A stretch of 62,806 nt of DNA, counting the filler, from Sphacelaria rigidula (taxonomy: Eukaryota): assembly GCA_964200075.2 (NCBI GenBank). It is 7 parts of 7 records of this genome, joined end to end, with 100 filler letters (N's around TTAATTAATTAA, not from the genome) between each part and the next. Parts side by side here need not be neighbours in the genome. Positions count along the whole stretch, not along the records: positions 44,937 to 53,821 come from CAXNAA020009837.1; positions 53,922 to 62,806 come from CAXNAA020009838.1; 5 more parts are not named here. One strand, written 5' to 3'. The first letter of the stretch is position 1. Each line of letters begins with the position of its first letter. Positions 48,301 through 61,005 of the stretch are shown here, one piece after another. The translations under genes were made by a program, and so were the position numbers. A model generated the notes under the pieces. That model made no database searches and was not told where the DNA came from. It worked only from the letters and a program-made list of their open reading frames with translations.

Positions 48301-50163
48301 TTGGACATGTGTGCAAAACGAGACCGCACACGCGACCAACCGTATGGCGGCTCCGGGCCAGAGTCCGAACCGTATCGTAGACTCTTAGAGTTTAAGGTGA
48401 GAGAACGCGCTGTCGGAACGGGGAAAAAAACGGTACACAGGAGCAAGTTGATTGAATAGTTTCGCGCCCACACCGATCACGCTTGAGTTTTAATTTTATC
48501 GTGAACGCTTTTTGTACCCTGATTTGCAACAAACAAGGTCAGCCATGCGCCGTTTCTTGCAATTGTCGTTGATCCAACATTCTGTACTGGTGAAGAAGAG
48601 GGACACAGCGAAGAAACACAACACCAGCACAACCAGCCGCGAGACGAAGCTTACATACAACTTCCGCGCAAAAGCATTAGCTCCACCTCTAATTCTTGCA
48701 AGATCACACACAGCAGTCCTTGTTTGATGAAAACCTGTGCAGTAGTCAGGGCTGGGCGGCTGTGTGCGCGTCATTTTGCGCCCCAATACGCCCCGCTGTT
48801 GACCCTTATGAGTGTGTGCCGTTGGCCCACCTTAGACAAATGACCGTCTGCCATTTACTTTCGAATGGCCCCGACCAAAAGTAAGCACATTGTACCCAGC
48901 CTATGAACAGTTACGGTCCCAGAAGCATGACCCTCGTTAGCCGGGGGGTCAGAGGGGCTCCCAGGTTCATGTTTTGTTGTGTTGGTGGTTGCGTCACACC
49001 ATTGCATGCGCCTCTATGGTTCCTATATTCATATACCCGTTCGAGCACACCAAGAAGGATATTGGCACAAAACCGATCCTAACAAGTCCATATTCGCGCG
49101 AACCGATTCCAATAAGTCCTTTTGACTTTGTTGAAATCAGCTCGCGAAAAATATACATTATGGAACTCATTATGGGAGAGGTGGCGCCGCAGCGATCACA
49201 AGGCAATCAATTCAGAAAAGATCGACACTTTTTTCTCGGATGAAACACGATCTAAAGGGGGAGAAAACTGCCGAACAAAGTTGTTGCGGACTCGATGCAT
49301 TCATACGGTGGATGAAAATATGCGAACGCGGTCATGAGTACCACTACACCAAACATTTCACCATTGGCATACCTCCGGCATGGTACGATGCTGCAAAGTA
49401 TAAGACCACACCCCGGTAACTCTTCATATCGAAGATGTCCACGATCCATCTCTCTAGTTCCATTCCCGGTCAAGTTCCTCCGTCATCAAAGAGGCTAACA
49501 ACGCCTGAAAAAAATGTAATGGGCTATTCCCTCTTGCACCTCAAAACTACCTCAAAGGACACCCTACATCTCTTGCCACGTATCCTTTTATGCATGCTTT
49601 TTCCATCGGCCCGCTGTGCCCGCTGCTTCGCCTGTTGGATTGCAACATTGCGTGCACATGCAAGGTCACGGAAGCTTGCTAGTGATGAAAAGGACAGCTG
49701 CAGCGAGATCCTAAGTGATATGCCACCATCGACCGGCGGGCGAAATGAAGTCGTGGCAGAGCGAGGCGAGGAATCCACGGCCGATTGCAAGGATGCAGAT
49801 ATTGACGAGGGTGGGGCGGAAACGGGTCGATTCCACCATGGGGGCAGTTTTAGCGACGGGGAAAGCGACAATGGAGCACGTCCGACAAAGACTAGTCAAG
49901 CAGTACCTTCTCACGCGAAAAGTCGACAACATGGTAGGTCGTCTCATTCGTCATCTCGCTCGGGCCGTTCTTCTGTGGATTCCGACAAAGGTGCTCGGGT
50001 GGTGGCGGCGGCGGTAGCGGTGCGGTTAGGGCAGGGAGAGGAATCGGGAGTAGCTGTAACGGACGCTGCTATTGGGGAAGAGAAGCTGGGCACCGGGGCG
50101 AGCAGCGACGACGAGAATACAGCAGGGTGTGTTTCGCGGAGAACAAGCGAAGATACTTTGTAG
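45356..50163 (+). CDS. Large intrinsically disordered S/G/R/D-rich protein, 3' four exons (partial, unknown function)
   Basis: Exons 45356-45482, 45804-47230, 47948-48228 and 49665-50163 (stop) join in frame through GT-AG sites (phases 1, 0, 2); includes the long ORF 45608..47263. Confidence 0.75.
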
Positions 50164-52201
50164 GGGTGACTGCGCTTATCTCCAGTCAAGTGCGTCGACT
50201 GAGAAACAGCAGTCTGTACGTTTTACGCGCAGAGAGTGCTTTGGCCGTAGTATGATTGCCTTTTTGTGTGGATGTCACCGCAAGAAAAGCGTCCCTTCTT
50301 CTACGAGAGGGGTCTTGCTTATGCACGTTTTGGCACCGAGACTGTTTGACGGCTAGGAGCCGAGAAACATTCCGTATGTGTAACACATGGTGGATAGATC
50401 CCTGTTGGAAGTGTCGAAGCGGGTTACAACATCAGCAGTAGTGAGCAGATGAAGCCCAAAGCATGTTGTGCTTCATCAAGAAGATCTCTCACAGAATAAC
50501 TTCCTGTATTCGATTGATGCAAAGAGAGAACCCCCCCTGAAGGAAGTTATGCACGTAGATCGTGTACCATAAATATGATGATATTGCCAACGACTTCACG
50601 CGGTTGGCGTTTTGCGCTCTATTGGTCAGAGGTTGGGCAATCGCGAGGTATACGTGTGCTCTTATCCCGCGACAGTCGTTACCCTCACATCACTTGAGCG
50701 CATCTACCTGTTCGTACATGTCTCTTCATCACCTCTGCACGAGTTCGGGATGTCAAGATGACCCTTGCGGGCTGATCCTGCGCTGATCCAGGGTAGTCGC
50801 TGACCCTGCACTACTTTAGCATCTCTAAGCATCCGGGTCGGGTTGCCCCGTACCATGCTGAGGTGCACCGTGAGCTCACCCAACTACGCGACGACAAAAT
50901 CAGGTCTGAGCTACTGCGATAAGGGCCAGCACTTGGCCGGAAGGGTGAAATATCGAACTGATTTGAGTACACGTCACAATGGGGCAACATTATGTTTGCC
51001 GTGTGCTGATAATAACTAGTGCACAATTCAGGTGAGGTGATCCTTGTGCTGGTTGATTCCCACTGTCTTGCTCCTCGTGGAAACTCTCTTTCTGGGATAC
51101 CAACCTGGCGCCTCATATCCATCTAGGATGTCCATCCGGGACGTCAATCTCTGCGCACACAGACCAACGTTCTATTCAAACGTGCTCATCAATGGCTGGG
51201 ATTTGGAATTCGGTTCGAGTACCAGCGGCAGCCCTCATCCCCAAAACTCGCCGAGAGAGCAAGTTGATGTCTGCAAGAGAAGTGCTCTAGGTGAATGCTC
51301 ACGTCTCAATTGTACGCCAGCTAAGGCGTCCCAGGCCCAGATGGACATTCCGGGTCGAACCAATATCCCACATGGATGTGCTAAATGGACGTCTCGGATA
51401 GATATCCATATCCCAGATGGAGATTCCACGATAGTGCAGGGCACCGTTCGTACCGCAATACTGATGATCTCGGTGTCCATGTGTGCATATGCGCAGAATA
51501 CCGCAATGGCCCACCATTGCGGTGGTTAGCCTAGCAATTGCAGATGTACGAAGGTCTAGGAATCCGCCTAAAACTGCAAATACCGCCTCAACCTCATGGT
51601 ACACATCTAAGCACAAGTACGGTGGTCTTCAGCAATGCTTTACCTGCTGTTGTAGCCGGTACAGTAGAGTGAGCTCCTGAGGACATTTCAATCGCACGAC
51701 TGCTGCCACCGATAACAGGGATGCATGGGCTACAAGCGTGATCGTTATCGCTGCAAATCACAGGGTGTTGCCAAACATTTTGAGAGCAAAATCACACGCT
51801 GCTCTCACGAGCTCTCCGATTGCTGGCCTACACGCCCCCCGAGGCACAAGCGCTCACTCACTGTGCATGACGACAAGGCGATACTATTGGACAGGTGACA
51901 ACACTACCCTCTTCGATAAAACCACGAAAATGAGTGAGCGGAAGGGAGGCAAGAGCTCGCGGCCATGCAAGGCTCTAAGAAAAAGCCCCTATCAAAACGT
52001 ATAAAATCGGAGCAATGACTGCTCACGATGAGCTATTTGACGGACTGCTTTAGCATAGATAAAAAAATCCCCAGGATAAATGAAAAACAAAAGTCAACCG
52101 CCCGATGACATTCATTGGAGAGCAACATCTTTGGTCAAACCGCCGAACGAAGCGAATCACTATTACTAACAAAAAAATGTCATCGCGCCTCTGTTGGTCC
52201 A

Positions 52202-52521
52202 GAGTCTTTTTACGATAACCCCCCGCCCCCCAAAAGTGGCTGGTTTGGGGGTGCGAAATCTACACTTGAATCGAAATGAAAACTGTCGAGCACCACGAGC
52301 AGCTGAAAATTCCCCCGCTTTGGTTCGTTTTCGCCAACATCGCCCATATGAGGCGCTTCATGCAGCCCTGACACCAAACATCAGGAGCTGTGTGACCGCT
52401 TTCTTCGTGACAGTTTTGGGCTGGTTCTTTGGGGCGTACTCATTTGTTGCTTGCTTTAGCCGTGTGGCCATTGACCACGCATGGTTCTTTTGGGGGGGAG
52501 GGGGCTTTCGTAGGAAGACTC
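52202..52521 (+). mobile_element. MITE family A copy
   Basis: TIR-like GAGTCTTTTTACGATAACCCC / GGGGCTTTCGTAGGAAGACTC; core CGCCCATATGAGGCGCTTCATGCAGCC shared with 8301-8564. Confidence 0.72.
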
Positions 52522-52826
52522 TCCACCTGATATACCAACAGCCAGTTGGGGTGGACTTTATGGTTTTGAATAGTGAAATATTATAACGGCCGCGCTCCGG
52601 TAGTCTGACGATCCAACTAAAGCCATTAGATTGGAGAAAAAAACGCGGGTTCGCTTTCTACCAGATGCGTGTGGTTTTTTTTCGAAGTATCTAATTTCCG
52701 CAGTTGAAGGCTTGAGAATACGAGTAGACAAAGAGAGATTGACTTTCCTCTGTGTTTGACGAGAATAGTTGACGCAGTGCGGGAGTGTTGGTCATGATCC
52801 GATCCGCGAGACCGTAATGAAAGGCG

Positions 52827-53178
52827 TGTACCGGGGAGGGGTGGTTTGATCCCTTGAGACTAGTAGACCACAGACTCGTCCCGAGGAAGGAGAGGGGTTG
52901 GAAGTGCGGCGAAAAAACAAATCGTGATATACATATATACACACATTAACCACGGCATCTCATGACCGCATCCTGGTCTCTGCCATCGAAAACGTAAGTG
53001 CAGTACTGTACGTGAGTAGCGAATACAGATTCGCTGGGAGTCGACGTGCTGCGACACTGTTGATTCGACGCTCGATGATGCCTTGTCAGGCCTGTACCGG
53101 AGGAGAGAGGGGTTGACCTCTTGAGACTACACAGTCGTACCGAGGAAAGGGATTGGGGGTGGCACGTGCGCCAACGAA
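52827..53178 (+). repeat. Diverged ~85-bp direct repeat pair
   Basis: TGTACCGG..GG..TTGA.C.CTTGAGACTA...TCGT.CCGAGGAA.G at ~52828 and ~53093. Confidence 0.65.
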
Positions 53179-53499
53179 GTAGAGGGAAACAAAAGAGTGC
53201 GGTGTTCAGTCGGAGAACGACATGAGTTTAAAAATATTGAGCTCTTAGTACCGTTTTCCGGAAATGTTCGCAGTACGTTCACTTCATCGTCCCTAGACCG
53301 TCACATCACACCAAAAACTCCCTCGATTTTTGGCGACAGTAGATAATGACTTCGAAATTCCACTCCATGCTGTTGAAAGCGACTTGGGGTGCAGATAAGC
53401 ATTAACAAGTGCATGCCGGGTATAAGTCAGATGATCTGTGAAGCCCGGTAGACCGTACTCGCAGGTGACCTGGCAAAATAAGTGTGATCTGAGGAGTCT

Positions 53500-53755
53500 C
53501 TCAGTCTCTCTACGACAGCCCCCCCCCCAAAACATCAGCCCAAAACTGTCACAAAGAAAATGGTCATACAGCGCCTGATGTGTGGTTTAAGGCTGCATGA
53601 AGAGCCTCATACGGGCGACATTGGCGAAAACAATACATAGAGTGGGAATACCAAGCTGCTCGCCGTGCTCGGATATGTTTATTTCGACTTATGTGTAGAT
53701 TATTGTGCCTCCCCAAATCACCCCTTTTGGGGGCGGGGGGGGGGGGGGGGGGGTA
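53500..53755 (-). mobile_element. MITE family A copy (reverse orientation)
   Basis: Reverse complement reads TCGCCAATGTCGCCCGTATGAGGCTCTTCATGCAGCC..CATCAGGCGCTGTATG..GTGACAGTTTTGGGCTG. Confidence 0.72.
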
Positions 53756-53821
53756 CTTATTTTTTTTTTTCCTTTGTTTTTTGAACATTGCCCACGCCTC
53801 CCTTTCTGGGAGGGGACCAGG

Positions 53822-53921
53822 NNNNNNNNNNNNNNNNNNNNNNNNNNNNNNNNNNNNNNNNNNNNTTAATTAATTAANNNNNNNNNNNNNNNNNNNNNNN
53901 NNNNNNNNNNNNNNNNNNNNN
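53822..53921. other. Artificial contig linker
   Basis: 44N-TTAATTAATTAA-44N. Confidence 0.99.
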
Positions 53922-53991
53922 CTAGCATCGTTCGTACTCTATCGTTCAAAATCTTACAGAACGTTTTCCCTACCGTGCTCAGTAGCGTAGC

Positions 53992-56900
53992 TGTTGAGGG
54001 GTTGTACTCATGATTAGCTGTTGCCATGCCAGGAGTTCCTCCACCTCTTCTATCACCGATGCTAGCTCGTCCCGGTCAGCTGCTGCTCTCGTCGCACTGC
54101 GCGTGCGGCCTGCCATTTGGGAGGCAGAAGCAACTCATCGTCGAGTGCAAGACAGTGTAGCTCAGTCCTTGGGAGTTCGAGAGCTTCACCGCCCCCCCCG
54201 TCGCTGTGCTCGGAGGTGTCTACGGTTGTTGGCGGCAATGCTGACGGGGTAGTTGATGGTGAGACCGCAGGTGAGTGCGGTGTCGGCGATGCTGATGGCT
54301 GTTTCGGCGGTGTTGGCGTAGTCGGCGTCGCTGGTGGTGTTGCGGGTGCTGCTGCTGTCAGCGCTGCTGCCGTAGCCGGCGCTGCTGATGTCGATGTTGT
54401 CGGCGCTGCTGCTGTCGGCATGGACGGTGGTGTTGTCGGCGCCACCGACGGCGGTGGTGTAGGCGGCGCCGAGCCCCGGTCATCGATGGGATCTTGAACG
54501 GAGTTCCGTAAAATCCCCCCGCCTTCGCCGCCTTTGCGATGAGACGGCGAAGGCATTTAACCCCCCCCGCCATCAGTGGGGGTTCGCGGTGTGGTGTCGT
54601 CTGCCCTCCCTTCGGAGTTGGGTAGCAAGAACAACACACGATGAAAACCGCGTGATGAAGCGCCCACGGCTGGGGTTTGCTCCATGGACTCGCTGCCGGT
54701 CGGCCCTCCTTCGATGTGGTCATCCCTCGCTCCGCCGGGCGTCGGGATCGCTTGTGCTCGTGTGTCTGTTGATTTGGGGATGGACCATCGTAGTCCTTTC
54801 CCTTCCGAGCACCCTCGGCAGGGTCTCATCTTGCCGCTCAGCTCCACTCCGAGCTGCTTGACGGTCTGCCAGAGTAGGTCCTCATGGGCGTGTGCATGAG
54901 AACAGTGGAAGTCGTTGATATCAACAACTCGGGGGTTAGATGGTGCCCCCGGGGCAATCACAGCATCACTGCCGGGACCTATTCGGTGGGCAAACGCTTT
55001 GAGGAGTCTGTGCTCACCGGGGATATTCGGGGTGTTGCCTGATTTCATCTCAACCCGCAAGCCCTCCCTCCACCCAGTGGAGGTGTGGTCTGCGTTGAAG
55101 ATCCTAGTCAATGACAAAAGATAGTGACGGATGCCTGGTGCGTGGTCTACATTTTTCATATCTAAAGCTACATCACGTCCGTCAGATCGAAAAGCGAGAG
55201 TCAAATTTCCTCTCCCTACGATCGGGTAAGTACCGCCGCCCGCACACCGCAGTACCCTACCCCTGAATTCGGTTATCCGTCTTCTTGCTCGAATCTGGCG
55301 AAAAATGCTGGATTGCTCCCGTGTCAAACACCCACGGTTCGCCCCCATCTGGCTGCTCTACACCCCCCTTCTCAATCACAAACGCACACTCGCCTTTGGT
55401 GTCTTCGGCCTTCATCATGCCGATGCTGGTGAACGCCTCCGCATCAGCATCCGAGTAGATGAAGTCGTCGTCGACGAAGTCACTCACCAAGCCCATCGCT
55501 ATCATCACGTCCTCTCCAGTCTTCGGGCAGTCGAGCAGCTGATGCCCCCTCTTGCCGCATTTGCCGCACTACCTGCCCGGACATTCTCTCGACCGATGTG
55601 TCGTCATCTTCGACAAATGTGGCATGGCCATGTCGTCCCAGCTCCCGCTTGGCTCTTGTACGGTGAATTCAGCGACTGGCTGTTTTTGCCCTGGTCCCCG
55701 ACGCCACCGCGACCTGGATCCTGGTTCTTCCCCAGTTTTCTTCTCTGGCGTGAGTCGTTAGGTTTGCCGGGCTGGCCCTTGGCAGCAAGGGCCTGGTCGC
55801 CTGAAGAAGTCTTCTTCCCCTTGGCGAGTTTCTGCTTTAAAAGTATCGATTCGAAACGTTTTCGGATCAACCCCACCACGATTTGCCTCGTGAGCGGGTC
55901 CTCCCGCTCCTTCAGCTCTTGCTTCTGGAAGTTATACTCCGTGGGGAGGGCGTTGACAATTTTGAGGAGGGGTTGGGCCTCCGTCAGGTTGATGGTGTCA
56001 TACGATCTCAACTACCTTACCACTTCTTCAACCTCGATCAGTTTTTGAATCGGGTCATCACGAACGCTAATCTTCCCATGATCATACTTTTCCAGCAGTG
56101 CTAATCTACCCTCGTTGGTCCTGGGCCCTCGTTGGTCCTGGGATCGTAGAAGTCGTTCGATTCACGCCATACAGCTGCAGGGGAAGGAAATCGAAAGAGA
56201 ATGTCTCAGTCCCGTTTGTGGTGCAGGCTCGCCACCAACATATGCCTTGCTCTAATGTTTGCGGCTACAATGTTTTCCCCTGTCTCACCTCCAGGAAACG
56301 CACGGACAGTTCCGTGTTCCCAATCTCCACGTCGTGCAAACTATCGTCCGACATGGTGAATACCCAATCAAATCCCTCGCTCCTCGCCAAATTGGTTAGC
56401 TCGTGTTTATATTGGGAGAATTGCAAACTCTTCCCAGCAACATTCGGAGCAGTAGCCTTGAAAACTGGCACGCCCACAACGTCTTGCATACTTGGTCGAT
56501 CATGACCGCACTCAGCGATAGACTCACGTGCGGGGCCAATATCCCCTTGCTCCGTCGCTTCCGGCCCTGTGGTCGCTCCCACTCGTGGCTCCCTACTCGC
56601 CATCGCGGCTGCGTCGTCGACCTTGAGATGTGCTGGGGTTGGCTGAGCTATCAGCCATGTCATCTTGTGTTGCTTGATATCTTCCGGGAGAGGCTTCGCT
56701 CTCGATGACGCCGCTCCACCGCGCCCCCCCGAACTTGTGTTTTTTACTACCATCAACTCTACTCTGCAACACAGTTTGTTTGGACTTTACGTCTCTATCT
56801 AGATCAGTCAATGTATTAAATTGACTCCTGAAATGGCTCATCATGCTCTCATATTGAGCTGCCAGTCTATCTGCCTTCGCTACAGGAAAGGAAGCACCAC

Positions 56901-57197
56901 CATCCTTATCAGCCATACTTGCCCAATCGATTGATCACTAGTGTATTCGTTGGCTCAAGCACAGGATATATGTTTTATGCATGTTATTAGGGAGCACCCA
57001 AGTAATGCTACAACTCGTGCGAGTGTATTGAGGAGAGGGGAGAAGCTGGAGGGTGAGCGGCTGAGGGCGATAGGTGCGCCCCAGGAGCTTGACTGTACCA
57101 CATTCGGACACACTTGCCTCTCAGTGCTCATACATCACCCTGATCCCCTGTTCTACGTAGATCTAGTATGACTGGGTGTACCTGAGTCACTCGAACA
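53992..57197 (-). mobile_element. Ty1/Copia LTR retrotransposon, degenerate internal-deletion derivative (gag, protease, GAG-pre-integrase; integrase core, RT and RNase H absent)
   Basis: UBN2-like KIVNALPTEY; zinc knuckle CGKCGKRGHQLLDC; protease WVFDTGAIQHF; NVDHAPGIRHYLLSL; FHCSHAHAHEDLL..CRGCSEGKG. Contains stops and frameshifts. Probable 5' LTR at ~56982-57197 (TG...CA); outer boundaries are approximate. Confidence 0.88.
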
Positions 57198-57581
57198 GGT
57201 GACCTTGGACTTGTCTTCAGGAACATGTGTGCGAAATTGTTACCATAAATTCTCGCAACCGGCATACTGTAGAGTTCAGAGTAAACTGAAAGTTTCCCTT
57301 GGAATGTCTATGGGATACATGGCCGACGATCCAACGTGTGAATTAATATTAATAGCGGGGCTGCGGCGAGGAAACCGTACTTATTCGTCCATGAGCGATG
57401 CTATGTCTGAGTTACTCCCTCCTACCTCATCGCGGGGTGTATATGCTTGACTCCCGTGTAGGCGACGAATCATCGCGCCCAACCGTTACCGGAGGTTCGT
57501 CCTGGATGCTCAAGCGACTAGTGTTGGCAGTGCACATCCAGTGCAGAGATAGACCGGCGGTACCAAGAAGAGAGCTTGACC

Positions 57582-57778
57582 TGTGACGAAATTACGCCGT
57601 GATGTTGAGTTGGTAGTGATGATCTGGATAATGACCGGGGACACGTGGATTCTGGAAGATTCTGGGAGGACTTCGGATAATGGAATGTTGGAAAGGCTGA
57701 CAACTGAAACTGAGGCCAGTGCGACTAAGGAGTCCCTCGAACAGCAGTGATCCGGCAGTTCTTCTGGCTGGCGTCACA
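57582..57778. mobile_element. Possible solo LTR (197 bp)
   Basis: Inverted termini TGTGACG...CGTCACA; flanks GACC / GATC are an imperfect 4-bp TSD. Confidence 0.4.
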
Positions 57779-58253
57779 GATCCCAAAGTAGCGCCGTGGT
57801 GATTGGTTTTGGGTGTTCATCCACGACACGTTCTGAAACAAGTTGAAACACCGTTTCTCACGCAGTTAGCGTCCGCTCCAACACGGACCGGCACTGAACA
57901 AGTGGCCACGAAACACCTCCCCCCGCATAGAGGAGAATTTGTAGGTGTCATTGTCTTGATTTGCTTCGTGTGGGGAAATAGTTTACTGACATATATTTGG
58001 GTTGCTGTTCTGAAGCAGCAGACGCTTGTCCCGTTCTCAAAGGAATCGGGGTTTCCCCAACGACTAATTTATATAGAAAGAGCTGTCCCCATTATTGACT
58101 AAATCTACCCTCCGTCGCGCCCACCCTTTTTATGAAGCATTACGTTTCCTGTCTTCGCCGGCTGTCGTCCTTATGTTTGCATATTTTTACCCTCGTGCTC
58201 CCTTCCCCTGTGCCGATTTACTACTTTGTGCTCTGCGCGAAACTAGAATACAG

Positions 58254-60967
58254 AACAGGTTATGGTTAGCAGAAAACTGCAGTCCTCCGTCCCGTCCAGT
58301 CCAGAGTACGAATCCTGCTTTAAAGACGAGGAGGGTGACCGAGTCATGGAGGACCAGTTGATCAGCGAGGACATGATATCTTCGAGGTGCCGTACACACT
58401 GCTTGCAGGTGAACCCGGGGCACGAGTACTACGCGACCCAGGTCAGTCGAAACGTTCTCGTCTGATCACCGGCCGTGTGTCGCCGGCGATTGTTCATGCC
58501 CACGTTTCGGGCGTGCTGGGCATCTAGTGCTTTTTTTGCGCTGGGTTCACATTGTGAAAGAAGACGTCACCTGGCGCCGTCAGTTTGTTAACAGTGCAGT
58601 AGCGCCAAGCTGGCGCACGCCCCTGGAAGGGAAGAAGTGCGTGGTAGCTGAAGTGCATGAGCGAGGGCGTTATTCCGCATGTTGACCATTTGGCCACCAG
58701 AGGTGATCATCTAGGTCTTCCACTCGTATCAAGGTACAGAATGCCGATTAAACAAGTAAACCACCCTGGTTATCCGAGGATCAATATTATTGTCAGCCTG
58801 CACCAATTTTACTTGATCAACCGCCCTATTTCCAGCAAGGTGTTGAATCGCCCAGTCATCCCAAGAGCAAAAAGTTATTGCGGCCAATTCTTGTGGTGAG
58901 AATATAACCAAACTTCATTCTTGGTCGAGTCTGCAAGTCTGGACTAGAAGAAGTCACGTACTTGGGTCTCTACAAACATTGCATGCAATCTACCCACGTG
59001 ACGTGGAACAACGCAAATGCACTCCTGAAATGTTCACTGGTCCTCGGGGTGTGTATCCTTCGTCGGCTGCGGTCTGCAAGCTGGGGCAGGCAACCGCTGC
59101 CTTGACCGTGGGCATCCTTGCTTGCTTGAGTATTCTCTGGGACGCCCTTCATTCAAGGTTGCACGAGAGATCACGCGTCCTCTCCTCCCCGAACCCTTGC
59201 CATTGGCGTGTATGTGCATCAACCACCTGCGTTGAAACAGTATGGGAATGAGTGCTGGTGCGGGAAGTCGGAGACCGTCGTAGATTATGACCGCCACGGC
59301 CTGGGCGACTGCAACATGGCGTGCGCGGGTGATTCTTCCGAGCCGTGCGGCGGCGTGTGGGCGTTCAGTTTGTTTCGGTTGACGGATACCGAAGAACCCG
59401 CGGAGGTGGAGCAGCCGACTACGGCCAGCACTGATGTGCAGGAATTGTTCGATATGCACAATGCCGTGAGATGCATACACGGCTCGGCATCTCTCTCGTA
59501 CAGCGATACCGTTGCAGCTACAGCAGCGGTGAGATATAGAGTTCATCATTTATTGTATTCTCTTGGATTTTTGTAGTCTCAAATGCCGTATATCCTCGAG
59601 CTAGTATTTAAGCACCAGCCCCTTAGTCGGCAAAGGCATAAGGAGAGCCGGATCATGTGATCTGGGATGCAGAAGAGAATAGCTATCCATCCATCGCAAA
59701 AACGTGCCAAGGATCGGCTAACAATAATTGATGACGTTTCATATGCCTCCTGGTTTTTTACAATATTTTTTACTGTCAACGCTGTCGTGGGACATTCACT
59801 GATCAACGATGAACCCTGGTGTAGTTTCGAAGTATGAGATGGACATGGCTCAAAGTTTGTGGCGTTTTTCTCTAATGTACCTACCCAACTCCTGGGTAAA
59901 AGGTTCACGCAAATGGAGACGACGAATCGAGGACCCGCTGCTCCCTTTGCGACCTCTCTCAATCGTGATATTGTCCCCTGCCGTAAAACGACAACAGTCG
60001 TATGCAGCAACCATCACCAACGCCGAGAACTGCGGGAAAGCGCTCGTACACAGCGATGCCGGGGACAGAAACTACTGGGGAGAGAACCTGTACATGTGTT
60101 TCACTTCTGACCTTAGTGCTGACTGCTTCTCGGCCGGCGTGGCGATGGTCCGATTATGTGAGTTGTTCTATGACGAAGCTGCTTTTCGATGAGGGTAGGG
60201 AAGGGGGGTGGCTGCCTGTCTGCGCCGAGTTTCCAGTCCATACACGAGCTCGCATGAAACCCATTATTGTACTGCACTGTAGTGTACCGTACTGTTGTAC
60301 TGTAGTGTACAGCGTCGCCAACGTCAACTTGTTTTTTTTCATGGGGTTCGCGTGCGTTTCGTAAATTATCACGTGTTAGCACCCTCCCAATCCCCACCCA
60401 CCCATCTGAGAAAATATATTGTTCCAAGAGCACGTTTATTTGCCTCGTCCTTGATGTTCTTTCTTTTCTCCTTTAACGATTTTGATTGGACCAAACAGAT
60501 GACGAGGAAGTTTCCGACAGGGAGCCGAGCGAGTACATCGGGCATGCTACCCAAATCGTCTGGAAGGGCACGACATCGGTCGGCTGCGCTGTGGAATCGT
60601 GCATCGACGGCGGGTGGAGGTACAACTACATGGTCTGCAACTACGATCCTGCGTGAGTTTCTCGCGAATAGATATATTTATTTTTTCAAGTTCACCGATT
60701 TCCGCTTCCTTCGGCTGAACTTGTCGCTCGCTCTTATCGCGCTTCTGCTACCCACAGGGAGCCAGCCTATAGCATTACTCACGCATAACAGGTGATCTAG
60801 AGTGATTTGGAATTTCAGCAAAAACTGGAAAGATATCATAACTCCGTGAAAAAAACAAAAAATGACGGCATCCCCAGAAATGTATCACGTACTTTCTCGT
60901 TTCGTTTTTCTCGGGTACGTCTATCATGAGACCACAGCTGGACCCCTAGGGGATCAGTTGAAGTGCG

Positions 60968-61005
<38 letters not shown>

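Noticed and set aside
50811-51600. LINE reverse-transcriptase remnant (QFR*GDP, TDDL)
   Set aside because: The motifs are too degenerate to support without a profile search
52202-53755. 1.5-kb composite element with long TIRs
   Set aside because: Better explained as two independent, diverged copies of MITE family A in opposite orientation; the first has its own TIR pair
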